64,000 nt of DNA, taken from contig JABHAL010000004.1 in NCBI GenBank assembly GCA_018674305.1, positions 64,446-128,445 of the forward strand, in the 5' to 3' direction. Positions 31,276 through 39,459 of this stretch are shown here, one piece after another (position 1 is the stretch's first letter; each line of letters begins with the position of its first letter). The stretch comes from Candidatus Falkowbacteria bacterium (GTDB lineage Bacteria > Patescibacteriota > Patescibacteriia > UBA11705 > JABHMO01). Below the pieces are notes generated by a model that worked only from the letters and a program-made list of their open reading frames with translations, was not told the origin of the DNA and did no database searches. The translations under genes were made by a program, and so were the position numbers.

Positions 31276-31399
31276 TGAAGTATTTGACTGTTGGTCAAAA
31301 CTTAATGGTAAACCATAACGAATAGTTGTGATTTGCCATGAGGCTTACATCTTCGTAGACAAGGGGCTCGCCCTGAAGTCATGCGAAGCATGTACTTCA

Positions 31400-31476
31400 G
31401 GGCGCGTAGCTCAGTTGGTTAGAGCGCTACACTGATAATGTAGAGGTCGGAGGTTCAATTCCTCCCGCGCCCACCA
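31400..31476 (+). tRNA. tRNA-Ile(GAT)
   Basis: Cloverleaf, CTACA-CTGATAA-TGTAG, CCA. Confidence 0.97.
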
Positions 31477-31531
31477 TGTAGTACATGCTGTGCATGACTA
31501 CATGGTGAACCATTCTTTTTAATATACTTTT

Positions 31532-31606
31532 GCCGAGGTAGCTCAGGGGTAGAGCAGTGGACTGAAAATCCTCGTGTCGGCGGTTCAAATCCGCCCCTCG
31601 GCACCA
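31532..31606 (+). tRNA. tRNA-Phe(GAA)
   Basis: Cloverleaf GCCGAGG/CCTCGGC, loop CTGAAAA, CCA. Confidence 0.97.
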
Positions 31607-31665
31607 CGTAGTACATGCTTCGCATGACTACATGGTAAACCATTATTTCTATAACTCATTTTCGT

Positions 31666-31742
31666 CGGGGCGTGGCGCAGTTGGCTAGCGTGCGTGCTTT
31701 GGGAGCATGAGGTCGAGGGTTCGAGTCCCTCCGCCCCGACCA
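31666..31742 (+). tRNA. tRNA-Pro(TGG)
   Basis: Cloverleaf CGGGGCG/CGCCCCG, loop TTTGGGA, CCA. Confidence 0.96.
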
Positions 31743-31796
31743 CTTCTTAATAAGTATTGTGAATTAGATATTATTTATTTGGTATTATTTTTATTA

Positions 31797-31873
31797 GGGT
31801 CCTTAGCTCAGTCGGTTAGAGCGCCAGCCTTTTAAGCTGGGCGTCCTGGGTTCGATTCCCAGAGGACCCACCA
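31797..31873 (+). tRNA. tRNA-Lys(TTT)
   Basis: Cloverleaf, CCAGC-CTTTTAA-GCTGG, CCA. Confidence 0.97.
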
Positions 31874-32029
31874 GAGAAAAGTAATTTAATATTTAAATTA
31901 CTTTTCTCTGAAAGTACCAAACTCTAAATAACAATTATCAAACAAATATAAAATGCTAATATCAAATTTAGTAATTTGAAAATTTGAATTTGATTAGGAT
32001 TTGTCTATTGATTATTGGTAATTAATTCC

Positions 32030-32104
32030 GCGGGTATCGTATAATGGCTATTATCTCTGCCTTCCAAGCAGATGATGCGGGTTCGATTCCCGCTACCCGC
32101 TCCA
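32030..32104 (+). tRNA. tRNA-Gly(TCC)
   Basis: Cloverleaf GCGGGTA/TACCCGC, TCTGC-CTTCCAA-GCAGA, CCA. Confidence 0.96.
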
Positions 32105-32106
32105 AT

Positions 32107-32139
32107 CAAAAAAGCATTGCCTTATGGTAATGCTTTTTT
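32107..32139 (+). terminator. Terminator of tRNA cluster
   Basis: aaaaagcattgcc-ttat-ggtaatgcttttt. Confidence 0.75.
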
Positions 32140-32267
32140 GATCCTTGGAATGTGTACGGGAATCGAACGAACAATAGCACTAAAAGAATATTCCCGCTTG
32201 CCTTGCCAAAACTTTAGTGAAGGCGGGCTACCCGCTTCATAAACCACCTATCTTTTTATTGTAATAT

Positions 32268-33206
32268 TTACTGCTTTAAGATCCTCACAAAATCATCGAT
32301 AAATTCCTGGCGGTCAAGAAAAGTCGCAACCTTAATATTGGGCTTTTGTTCACCCCAGCTCCTTCGATCTGCCGCGGTCATACCCAAAGTTACTTCACCC
32401 TTGGTTTCAACGCGCACATCCATGAGTTGTAGTTTAAAAGCTTCTGGTTTTATCAAATAGTAGGCAGCCAGTGCGTCATAAACCAATGCGCCCTTTGTAT
32501 TCTTTTCGAATTCAGCAATTCCTTTTATGAAATGCTTCATCATTGACATGATTGGCTCATACAATTTTATTCCTTCAAGTCTTTCAAAATCCGACAGAGT
32601 CATAAATACTTCATTACAAATATCTAAAGGAAGAAGAACTTTTGGAGTACTACAATCAAAAACTATTTTGGCAGCATCTGGATCAACAAAAACATTAAAT
32701 TCTGCAACCCTATTTTTATTACCAGGAACTTCAATTGCTCCACCCATTATCACGATCTGCTTTATCAACTCTGGCAATTGTGGTTCACGAAGAATTGCCT
32801 GCGCCAGATTTGTTTCTGGACCAATGGTTAAGATAGAGACTTGCCCCGGATTGGCTTTAACAATTTCAATTATTTTGTCTACAGCCAAATTATTCAACTT
32901 TTCCTCTTTAATAACATTCGCCCCAGCAAGACCACTCTCACCATGCACCTGTGCCTTTATTAATTCTCGTTTTAATGGTTTTTCAGCACCAGAATAAATT
33001 GGGACATCCGATTCTAGTAAATCGAGAATGTAACGCGCATTGTTTGTCGTCTTCTGAATATCAGTATTACCAGCGACAGTTGTTAATGCTTTAATATCAA
33101 ACAATTTTGATTTCTCAATTAACATAATCGCCATAGCATCATCATGACCTGGATCAGTGTCAATTATTAATAATGGTTTTGAATCATTTTCTAGTTGTTT
33201 GATCAT
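32268..33206 (-). CDS. Inosine/uridine-preferring nucleoside hydrolase
   Basis: DTDPGHDD, HGESGL, MGGA..GN...AEFN..DPDAA motifs. Confidence 0.93.
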   Translation of the reverse strand: MIKQLENDSKPLLIIDTDPGHDDAMAIMLIEKSKLFDIKALTTVAGNTDIQKTTNNARYILDLLESDVPIYSGAEKPLKRELIKAQVHGESGLAGANVIKEEKLNNLAVDKIIEIVKANPGQVSILTIGPETNLAQAILREPQLPELIKQIVIMGGAIEVPGNKNRVAEFNVFVDPDAAKIVFDCSTPKVLLPLDICNEVFMTLSDFERLEGIKLYEPIMSMMKHFIKGIAEFEKNTKGALVYDALAAYYLIKPEAFKLQLMDVRVETKGEVTLGMTAADRRSWGEQKPNIKVATFLDRQEFIDDFVRILKQ

Positions 33207-33856
33207 ATAATTTTTGATAATTCTTCTATATTTTTTAATGTAATATACTTATTATTATGATTGTTTTCCATGTCAGTAATATGTACAGCTCTCAGCCCGG
33301 TAGCAATTGCTGGTAAAACATCAGAGCCGAGAGAATCTCCAACCATCATTACTTCATGTGGCTCCAATTTGAAGTCCGAACAAACTTTTTTGTAAATATC
33401 ACTCAAGCCCCCTTTGGGCATAGCCTCATTTTTCTCCCAAGCATAAAATAAATCAAACAAATCGCTATTTATCTTGGTTGCAAATAGAATCTTCTCCGCT
33501 AATTTTCTTGGGCCGTCCGTAATTACTCCGACAAGTAACCCTTTTTCCTTAAGTGCCTGTAAAACCTCCATTGTTTTTGGTAATGGTTCTAAGTATTTTT
33601 CAGGCGCCAGATCAATTAATGCATCATACCACTTATCTATTCCAATTCCTTGGGTTAGGAATGCTTTTTCTCCCTGCCCATTATACATTTCTCGATGCTG
33701 ATCCGCAATTTGTTTTCCTTCTGATTGAGACACCTGCAAACATTTTGCTAATGTGTTTTCCAAGATTTTAGAATATTCTTTGTATAATAAATTCGCCTTC
33801 TCTCCATATATTAGAGTCAGATCAACGTCAAATAAGATTAATTTTATGTCTTTCAT
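33203..33856 (-). CDS. HAD-superfamily hydrolase (possible nucleotidase)
   Basis: FDVDLTL motif I, ITDG, MVGDSLGSDV; ATGA overlap with the hydrolase gene. Confidence 0.88.
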   Translation of the reverse strand: MKDIKLILFDVDLTLIYGEKANLLYKEYSKILENTLAKCLQVSQSEGKQIADQHREMYNGQGEKAFLTQGIGIDKWYDALIDLAPEKYLEPLPKTMEVLQALKEKGLLVGVITDGPRKLAEKILFATKINSDLFDLFYAWEKNEAMPKGGLSDIYKKVCSDFKLEPHEVMMVGDSLGSDVLPAIATGLRAVHITDMENNHNNKYITLKNIEELSKII

Positions 33857-33870
33857 AAGTTTTATAGTTT

Positions 33871-34041
33871 AAAAAATCACCTTCAGCTCGAAGGTGATTG
33901 TGTTAATTTAATAATTTATCATTATATAATCAAAAACCTACGAGCCAACTACTAATAATCTCGTGGTGCCAATATGTTTTTGAATTTGTACAATGGTTAT
34001 TCATATCAATTGTATTATAATATATTTCGAGATTTTGTCAA
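33871..34041 (-). promoter_or_regulatory. Leader-peptide transcription attenuator for HAD/nucleoside hydrolase operon
   Basis: Promoter 34014-34041, 24-aa leader 33930-34004, terminator 33871-33899, competing pairing inside the leader. Confidence 0.65.
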
Positions 34042-35801
34042 CCCTGAACCTTATCACTCTCTACCATCCAATCCTCCTCGGCTTTTTTTATTTGAGTCTC
34101 AATTTCTTTTGATCTTTTGGTTAAACCCGGATCAAAACTTTTGGGATCTTCAAGAATTTTTTGAGTTATTAATTCCTGTTCTTTTTTTAGGCTAGCTAAC
34201 TGTTTTTCTAACTTACTTAATTCTCGCTTTATCCTTTTCTTTTCTTCAAGTAAATATTTTCGCTGTTCCTTGTCCTTCGTTGTTTCTGTTGTCGAAGATT
34301 TTTTTTCTTCGCTATTAAGTGATTTATTTTCTAAATGTTCTACATAATCTTCAAAGTCTCCATAAAAATGTTTAATTGTACCATCTTTCACTTCCAAAAT
34401 TCTAGTGGCTAAAATATTAATAAAAGTACGATCATGACTAACAAATAAAATTGTAACATTCGCCTCAGCCAATGATCGCGCCAAGACTTCCGCCGTCTCA
34501 AAGTCCAAATGACTTGTTGGCTCATCTAAAAGTAAAACGTCACAATTGTTCAACAAAATACCAGCAATGCACAACCTCGCCTTTTCACCACCTGACAAAA
34601 CTGAGATTGGCTTTTTCAAGTCATCATCTCTGAAAAGAAAATTACTAGCCATTTTAAAAATGTCTTCTTCCGGACAATTATAGTCAGCTGATTGTCTTAA
34701 ATATTGTTGGACCGTTTCCTCATTTTTAAGTCCTATGGTTAAATGCTGCGCATAATAAGCCACCTTGATATTTTCTGCTTTTTTATATGTCCCACTAATT
34801 GGATTAATTTCTTCAGCCAAAGTTTTTAGAAAAGTACTCTTACCTTGTCCATTATCTCCCAAGATCGCGACATGTGATCCTTTTTCAATATCTATCTCAA
34901 TATCTTCAACAACTTTTTTATCACCATAGCCAATTACCAAGTCCAACAATCGCCAAGCAAAGCCTTTTTGTTGTTTTGTGTTTTGAATTTTAATTCTTAC
35001 ATTGGAAAGTGATTTTTCAATATCAATCGTTTCCATTTTAGCAATTTGTTTAGCTTTTGATTTTGCCTGAGAAGCCTTGGAAGCCTTAGCTCCAAATCGA
35101 TCAACAAATTTTTGCAAATGTTGCTTCTTTTTCTCTTGTTTTTTATTAAAATTCTCTTCAGTTTCAAGTTTTTTCTTTTTATGTTCAAAATAATTCTCTA
35201 ACGTATTAGGAAAGTGAATAGTTTTACCTCTTTCAATTTCCAATATTTCCTGACAAGTATTTCTGATAAATTTACGATCGTGAGAAATTATCAAATAAGA
35301 ACCTCTATAATCGATCAAGAACTTTTCCAGCAAAAGCATTGTACTAAGATCCAAATAATTCGTTGGCTCGTCAAGTAAAATTAGATTTGGTTCCTTTAAT
35401 AACATTGCAGAAAGTTTGACTCTCATTTGATATCCACCGGACAAACTGGTGATCAAAGCATCTAGCTTCTCATTCTTCAATTCAAACTGAGCTGCAATCT
35501 TGGCGCATTCCCATTCTTCTCTGTCACTTTCACGCATCAAATAAGACAAAACAGTGTCGTCTTCCTGAAAATCATCTTCTTGTTTTAAATAACCAAGCTG
35601 TGTTTGACTTCCAATAATAACTTCCCCAGAATCCGCTTGCTCATGACCCGTTATAATATTAAATAAAGTTGATTTCCCAGCACCATTTCTACCAATTACT
35701 GCTATTTTCTTTCTTTCTCCAACACTAAAACTGGCCTCATTCAAGAGAACTTGCCGACTATATGCCTTTGAGACACTACTTACTTGTAATAGATTGGCCA
35801 T
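34038..35801 (-). CDS. ABC-F family ATPase
   Basis: Two ABC domains (GRNGAGKS, GDNGQGKS, LDEPTN/LDEPTS), linker, no TM segments; apparently leaderless. Confidence 0.93.
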   Translation of the reverse strand: MANLLQVSSVSKAYSRQVLLNEASFSVGERKKIAVIGRNGAGKSTLFNIITGHEQADSGEVIIGSQTQLGYLKQEDDFQEDDTVLSYLMRESDREEWECAKIAAQFELKNEKLDALITSLSGGYQMRVKLSAMLLKEPNLILLDEPTNYLDLSTMLLLEKFLIDYRGSYLIISHDRKFIRNTCQEILEIERGKTIHFPNTLENYFEHKKKKLETEENFNKKQEKKKQHLQKFVDRFGAKASKASQAKSKAKQIAKMETIDIEKSLSNVRIKIQNTKQQKGFAWRLLDLVIGYGDKKVVEDIEIDIEKGSHVAILGDNGQGKSTFLKTLAEEINPISGTYKKAENIKVAYYAQHLTIGLKNEETVQQYLRQSADYNCPEEDIFKMASNFLFRDDDLKKPISVLSGGEKARLCIAGILLNNCDVLLLDEPTSHLDFETAEVLARSLAEANVTILFVSHDRTFINILATRILEVKDGTIKHFYGDFEDYVEHLENKSLNSEEKKSSTTETTKDKEQRKYLLEEKKRIKRELSKLEKQLASLKKEQELITQKILEDPKSFDPGLTKRSKEIETQIKKAEEDWMVESDKVQG

Positions 35802-35968
35802 ATGGTCATATTATAATGATATTGTAATTTTAGTCAATGTTACATGAACCTAGACATAGTAAAAACTCCCCTTGACAGTCTTTCATATTCATAGTATACT
35901 TAATGTCTTATAAACAATTACTCATTCTTAAATAGTGGGTAATAACTCGAACCACTTTTGTGTCATAT

Positions 35969-36127
35969 GAGAGTGTTGGCGGATAGACGTTTAGGAATAA
36001 TTTTAAAATTTTGAGTATATTGGGCAAAAAATTTTTGAAGCATATCTGTAGATATAGTGAAAAAAGATTTTGTTCAAGATACTAGAATTTAAGAATTATA
36101 ACAAGCGCTATATTCGGTAACACTCAC
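35969..36127 (+). repeat. 159-nt long hairpin element, copy 2, inside DEAD-helicase leader
   Basis: gagtgttggcggata...tattcggtaacactc; shares core motifs and length with 722-881. Confidence 0.75.
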
Positions 36128-36173
36128 ATATCTGTGACCTACTTGGACATCGGGTTACAGTAAGTAAAATAAT

Positions 36174-37463
36174 ATGACACAAAGTGAACCAATCACCTTT
36201 GGTGATGTTGGTGTTTCTATTGATTTATTACAAATCTTAGACGCCAAAAAATTAACTAATCCAACTCCTATTCAAGAAAAATGTATTTCTCTCGGTCTTG
36301 AAGGCAAAGATATTGTCGGAGTTGCACAAACAGGGACAGGAAAAACCTTAGCTTTTGGCTTACCTGCGATACAAAAAATTAGAAAAGGCAATTGCAAATG
36401 TGTAATTATGCTACCAACCAGAGAACTTGCTATACAAGTTGACGAAGTTTTGTCAGATTTAGGAAAGTCTTTTGGTATCAAAACAGCGCTTTTAATAGGT
36501 GGTGTTTCTTCCTATCCTCAAAAAATTGCTTTAAGAAAAAAACCTCAAATTATTATTGCTACTCCGGGCAGATTAATTGACCATATCCAGAGAAAAAACT
36601 GTAATCTATCTGATATTAATTTAGTTGTCCTGGATGAAGCTGACAGAATGCTAGATATTGGATTTATGCCACAAATTAGGGAAATTCTAAAATCAATTCC
36701 TACCAAAAGACAAACAATGTTATTTTCTGCGACAATTCCAATGGAAATTTCCGATCTTTCAGTCCAGTACATGAATAACCCTGTACGGATCGAAGTGTCA
36801 CCTTCTGGGACAAGTGCTAAGAATGTTAAGCAAGAAGCCTACATTGTAAAATCGGAAAATAAACAACCATTGTTAAAAGAGGTTATTAAAGAAACCTCTG
36901 GCAGTGTTCTTGTTTTCACTAGAACTAAACATAAAGCAAAAAAGATTGCCTTAGTTTTAAGAAACGCTGGATTTAATGCAGTTGAGATGCATTCTAATAG
37001 ATCATTAGATCAACGAAGAAAAGCATTAGAAGGATTTAAATCCGGAAAATTCAAGATTCTTGTTGCAACTGATGTTGCTGCTCGAGGTCTTGATGTAGAC
37101 GACATCTCACTTGTTGTTAATTTCGATTTACCAAACAACGCTGAAGATTATGTTCATCGTATTGGAAGAACCGGAAGAGCAGGTAAAAGCGGTAAAGCAC
37201 TTGCATTCATAGAACCAAATGAAAAATTCAAGCTTAATAAAATTGAAAGATTAATAAAAAAGAATATCATAATTATTAAGGGCTCTGAAGAACTAACCGG
37301 GGTTAGTGACCGACCACAAAAACGATACCAAGGTCGAAAAAGGCGCCCTTCAAATCCTCAATGGGGACGAAAAAATAAACCATCACGAAATAGTACAAAA
37401 GATTATGGTCGTAACAGCAAAACAACTGCCAAAAGAAATAAAAAAAGGAATAAACGAAGATAA
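36174..37463 (+). CDS. DEAD-box RNA helicase (RhlE/CshA-like)
   Basis: Q motif, AQTGTGKT, PTRELA, DEAD, SAT, HRIGRTGR; basic tail. Confidence 0.96.
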   Translation: MTQSEPITFGDVGVSIDLLQILDAKKLTNPTPIQEKCISLGLEGKDIVGVAQTGTGKTLAFGLPAIQKIRKGNCKCVIMLPTRELAIQVDEVLSDLGKSFGIKTALLIGGVSSYPQKIALRKKPQIIIATPGRLIDHIQRKNCNLSDINLVVLDEADRMLDIGFMPQIREILKSIPTKRQTMLFSATIPMEISDLSVQYMNNPVRIEVSPSGTSAKNVKQEAYIVKSENKQPLLKEVIKETSGSVLVFTRTKHKAKKIALVLRNAGFNAVEMHSNRSLDQRRKALEGFKSGKFKILVATDVAARGLDVDDISLVVNFDLPNNAEDYVHRIGRTGRAGKSGKALAFIEPNEKFKLNKIERLIKKNIIIIKGSEELTGVSDRPQKRYQGRKRRPSNPQWGRKNKPSRNSTKDYGRNSKTTAKRNKKRNKRR

Positions 37464-37537
37464 TCTTTGACTTTGCTATAAAAAAACTGTACTATTAAGC
37501 AAATTATTTAAATTCATTTTAAGAAACTCAATCAAAT

Positions 37538-39325
37538 ATGGAAATCAGAAATATTGCAATTATTGCTCACGTGGATCATGGTAAAACAACTTTAACTGAT
37601 GCCTTAATGAAGCAAACAGGAACTTGTGAAGAAGGACAAAGCATGGACAGTGATAAGTTGGAACAGGAAAGAGGAATTACTATTTATTCTAAAAACACTT
37701 CCGTTCTCTATAAAGACACAAAAATCAACATCGTGGACACTCCTGGTCATGCTGATTTTGGTTCAGAAGTTGAACGAGTTTTGCGTTCAATCGATTCTGT
37801 ATTGCTAGTAGTTGACGCACAAGAAGGACCAATGCCTCAAACAAGGTTTGTTTTGAAAAAATCACTAGAACTTGGTTTAAAACCAATTGTTGTTATTAAT
37901 AAGATAGATAAACCGGCAGCTCGAGTGGAAGAAGTTGAAGAAATGGTTTATGAACTTTTTCTTAATTTAGATGCTAATGATGAACAATTAAATTTTCCTA
38001 CTATCTATGCCAATGCCAAACAGGGTGTGGCTATGAATAAAATGACTGAAAAAGGTAAAGACTTAATGCCAATCTTAGATGTTATTTTAGAATATGTTAA
38101 CCCAGCATCTTCTCCTGAAAAAGAAACACAACAATTACTTCTTCAACCTTTTAATTTGGCTTATGATAATTTCCTTGGCAGATTAGCCGTTGGTAGAATT
38201 TATGAAGGTAAAATTTCAAAAAGCCAAACAGTCACAATCTTAAATCCTAGCGGTAAAAACAGAACCGGTAAAATATCAAAACTATTTACTTTTCACGGGA
38301 TTGAAAGAAAAGAAGTTTCAGAAGCTACAGCTGGAGAAATCGTTATGATCGCTGGATTACCAGATATATTTATTGGAGAAACAATCTGTGAAGATGAAAA
38401 GCAAGAAGCACTACCAGACATAAAAATTGATGAGCCAACTATTTCACTTAACTTTTTTGTAAATGATTCACCAGTTGCTGGACAGGAAGGCAAACATGTC
38501 ACCAACAGTAAATTAAAAGAAAGACTGGAAAAAGAATTAGAGGTAAACGTTGGTTTGAAAATTGATTTTTCTGAAACGACTTTTTATAAAGTTCTTGGAC
38601 GTGGCGAATTGCACATTGCTATACTTTTAGAAAACATGCGCAGAGAAAACTACGAATTGCAAGTTTCCCAACCGATGGTAATTATCAAAGAGGTTTATGG
38701 CGAGAAACAAGAACCATTCGAAGAAGTAACTATCGATGTTCCTGACGAAATGTCTGGCTCTATTATTGAAAAAATGTCAAAGAGAAAAGGTTTGCTAGCC
38801 AATATGACTTCTAAAAATGGACGAACTAGATTGATTTTTGAAATCCCGGTCAGAGGATTACTCGGTTATCGAACTGACTTCATTGTTGATACTAGAGGCG
38901 AAGGTATTTTCTGTAGTAGAATGATTGGTTTCAAAAAACATACTGGTGCAATTGAAAAAGCTGATACTGGCTCTATGATCTCCATGGCCACAGGAAAAGC
39001 TTTGGGATTCTCTTTGTTTAATCTTCAAAATCGTGGGACTTTATATATTGGAGCAAATACTGATGTTTACGAAGGCATGGTTATTGGTAATGTCGCCAAG
39101 GGTAATGACATGGAAGTAAACCCTATCAAAGGTAAACAATTAACAAACATGCGATCCTCAGGTGCTGATGAAGCTATTAATTTAACTCCACCAGTAGAAA
39201 TCACAATCGAAAGAGGCTTTGGTATAATGAAAGATGATGAATATTTAGAAGTAACTCCCAAAAATATCAGACTTAGAAAAAAACACTTAACCAAGACTGA
39301 TCGAAATAAACATCTCGTAAAATAA
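37538..39325 (+). CDS. typA: Translational GTPase TypA/BipA
   Basis: RNIAIIAHVDHGKTT, DTPGHADFG.EVER, GRGELH, EVTPKNIRLRK. Confidence 0.97.
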   Translation: MEIRNIAIIAHVDHGKTTLTDALMKQTGTCEEGQSMDSDKLEQERGITIYSKNTSVLYKDTKINIVDTPGHADFGSEVERVLRSIDSVLLVVDAQEGPMPQTRFVLKKSLELGLKPIVVINKIDKPAARVEEVEEMVYELFLNLDANDEQLNFPTIYANAKQGVAMNKMTEKGKDLMPILDVILEYVNPASSPEKETQQLLLQPFNLAYDNFLGRLAVGRIYEGKISKSQTVTILNPSGKNRTGKISKLFTFHGIERKEVSEATAGEIVMIAGLPDIFIGETICEDEKQEALPDIKIDEPTISLNFFVNDSPVAGQEGKHVTNSKLKERLEKELEVNVGLKIDFSETTFYKVLGRGELHIAILLENMRRENYELQVSQPMVIIKEVYGEKQEPFEEVTIDVPDEMSGSIIEKMSKRKGLLANMTSKNGRTRLIFEIPVRGLLGYRTDFIVDTRGEGIFCSRMIGFKKHTGAIEKADTGSMISMATGKALGFSLFNLQNRGTLYIGANTDVYEGMVIGNVAKGNDMEVNPIKGKQLTNMRSSGADEAINLTPPVEITIERGFGIMKDDEYLEVTPKNIRLRKKHLTKTDRNKHLVK

Positions 39326-39459
39326 TACTTTTCTTTAAATAAAAAAACATCGCCTATTGCGATGTTTTTTTATTAACACAAGACATCCACTCAAAAACTG
39401 GAAAAACTCAATAAAATAACGTATAATATATATGAAAAATACATAATGATTTCCCAAAT

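Larger units (their letters stand above)
31273..31643. repeat. Four copies of a bulged hairpin repeat abutting tRNA ends
   Basis: Copies at 31273-31316, 31370-31403 (inverted), 31474-31513 and 31604-31643. Confidence 0.8.

Noticed and set aside
31455-31643. 62-aa minus-strand ORF
   Set aside because: Antisense to tRNA-Ile/Phe and their hairpins
31273-31643. Possible CRISPR array
   Set aside because: The intervening sequences are tRNAs, spacing and orientation vary, and no cas genes are present
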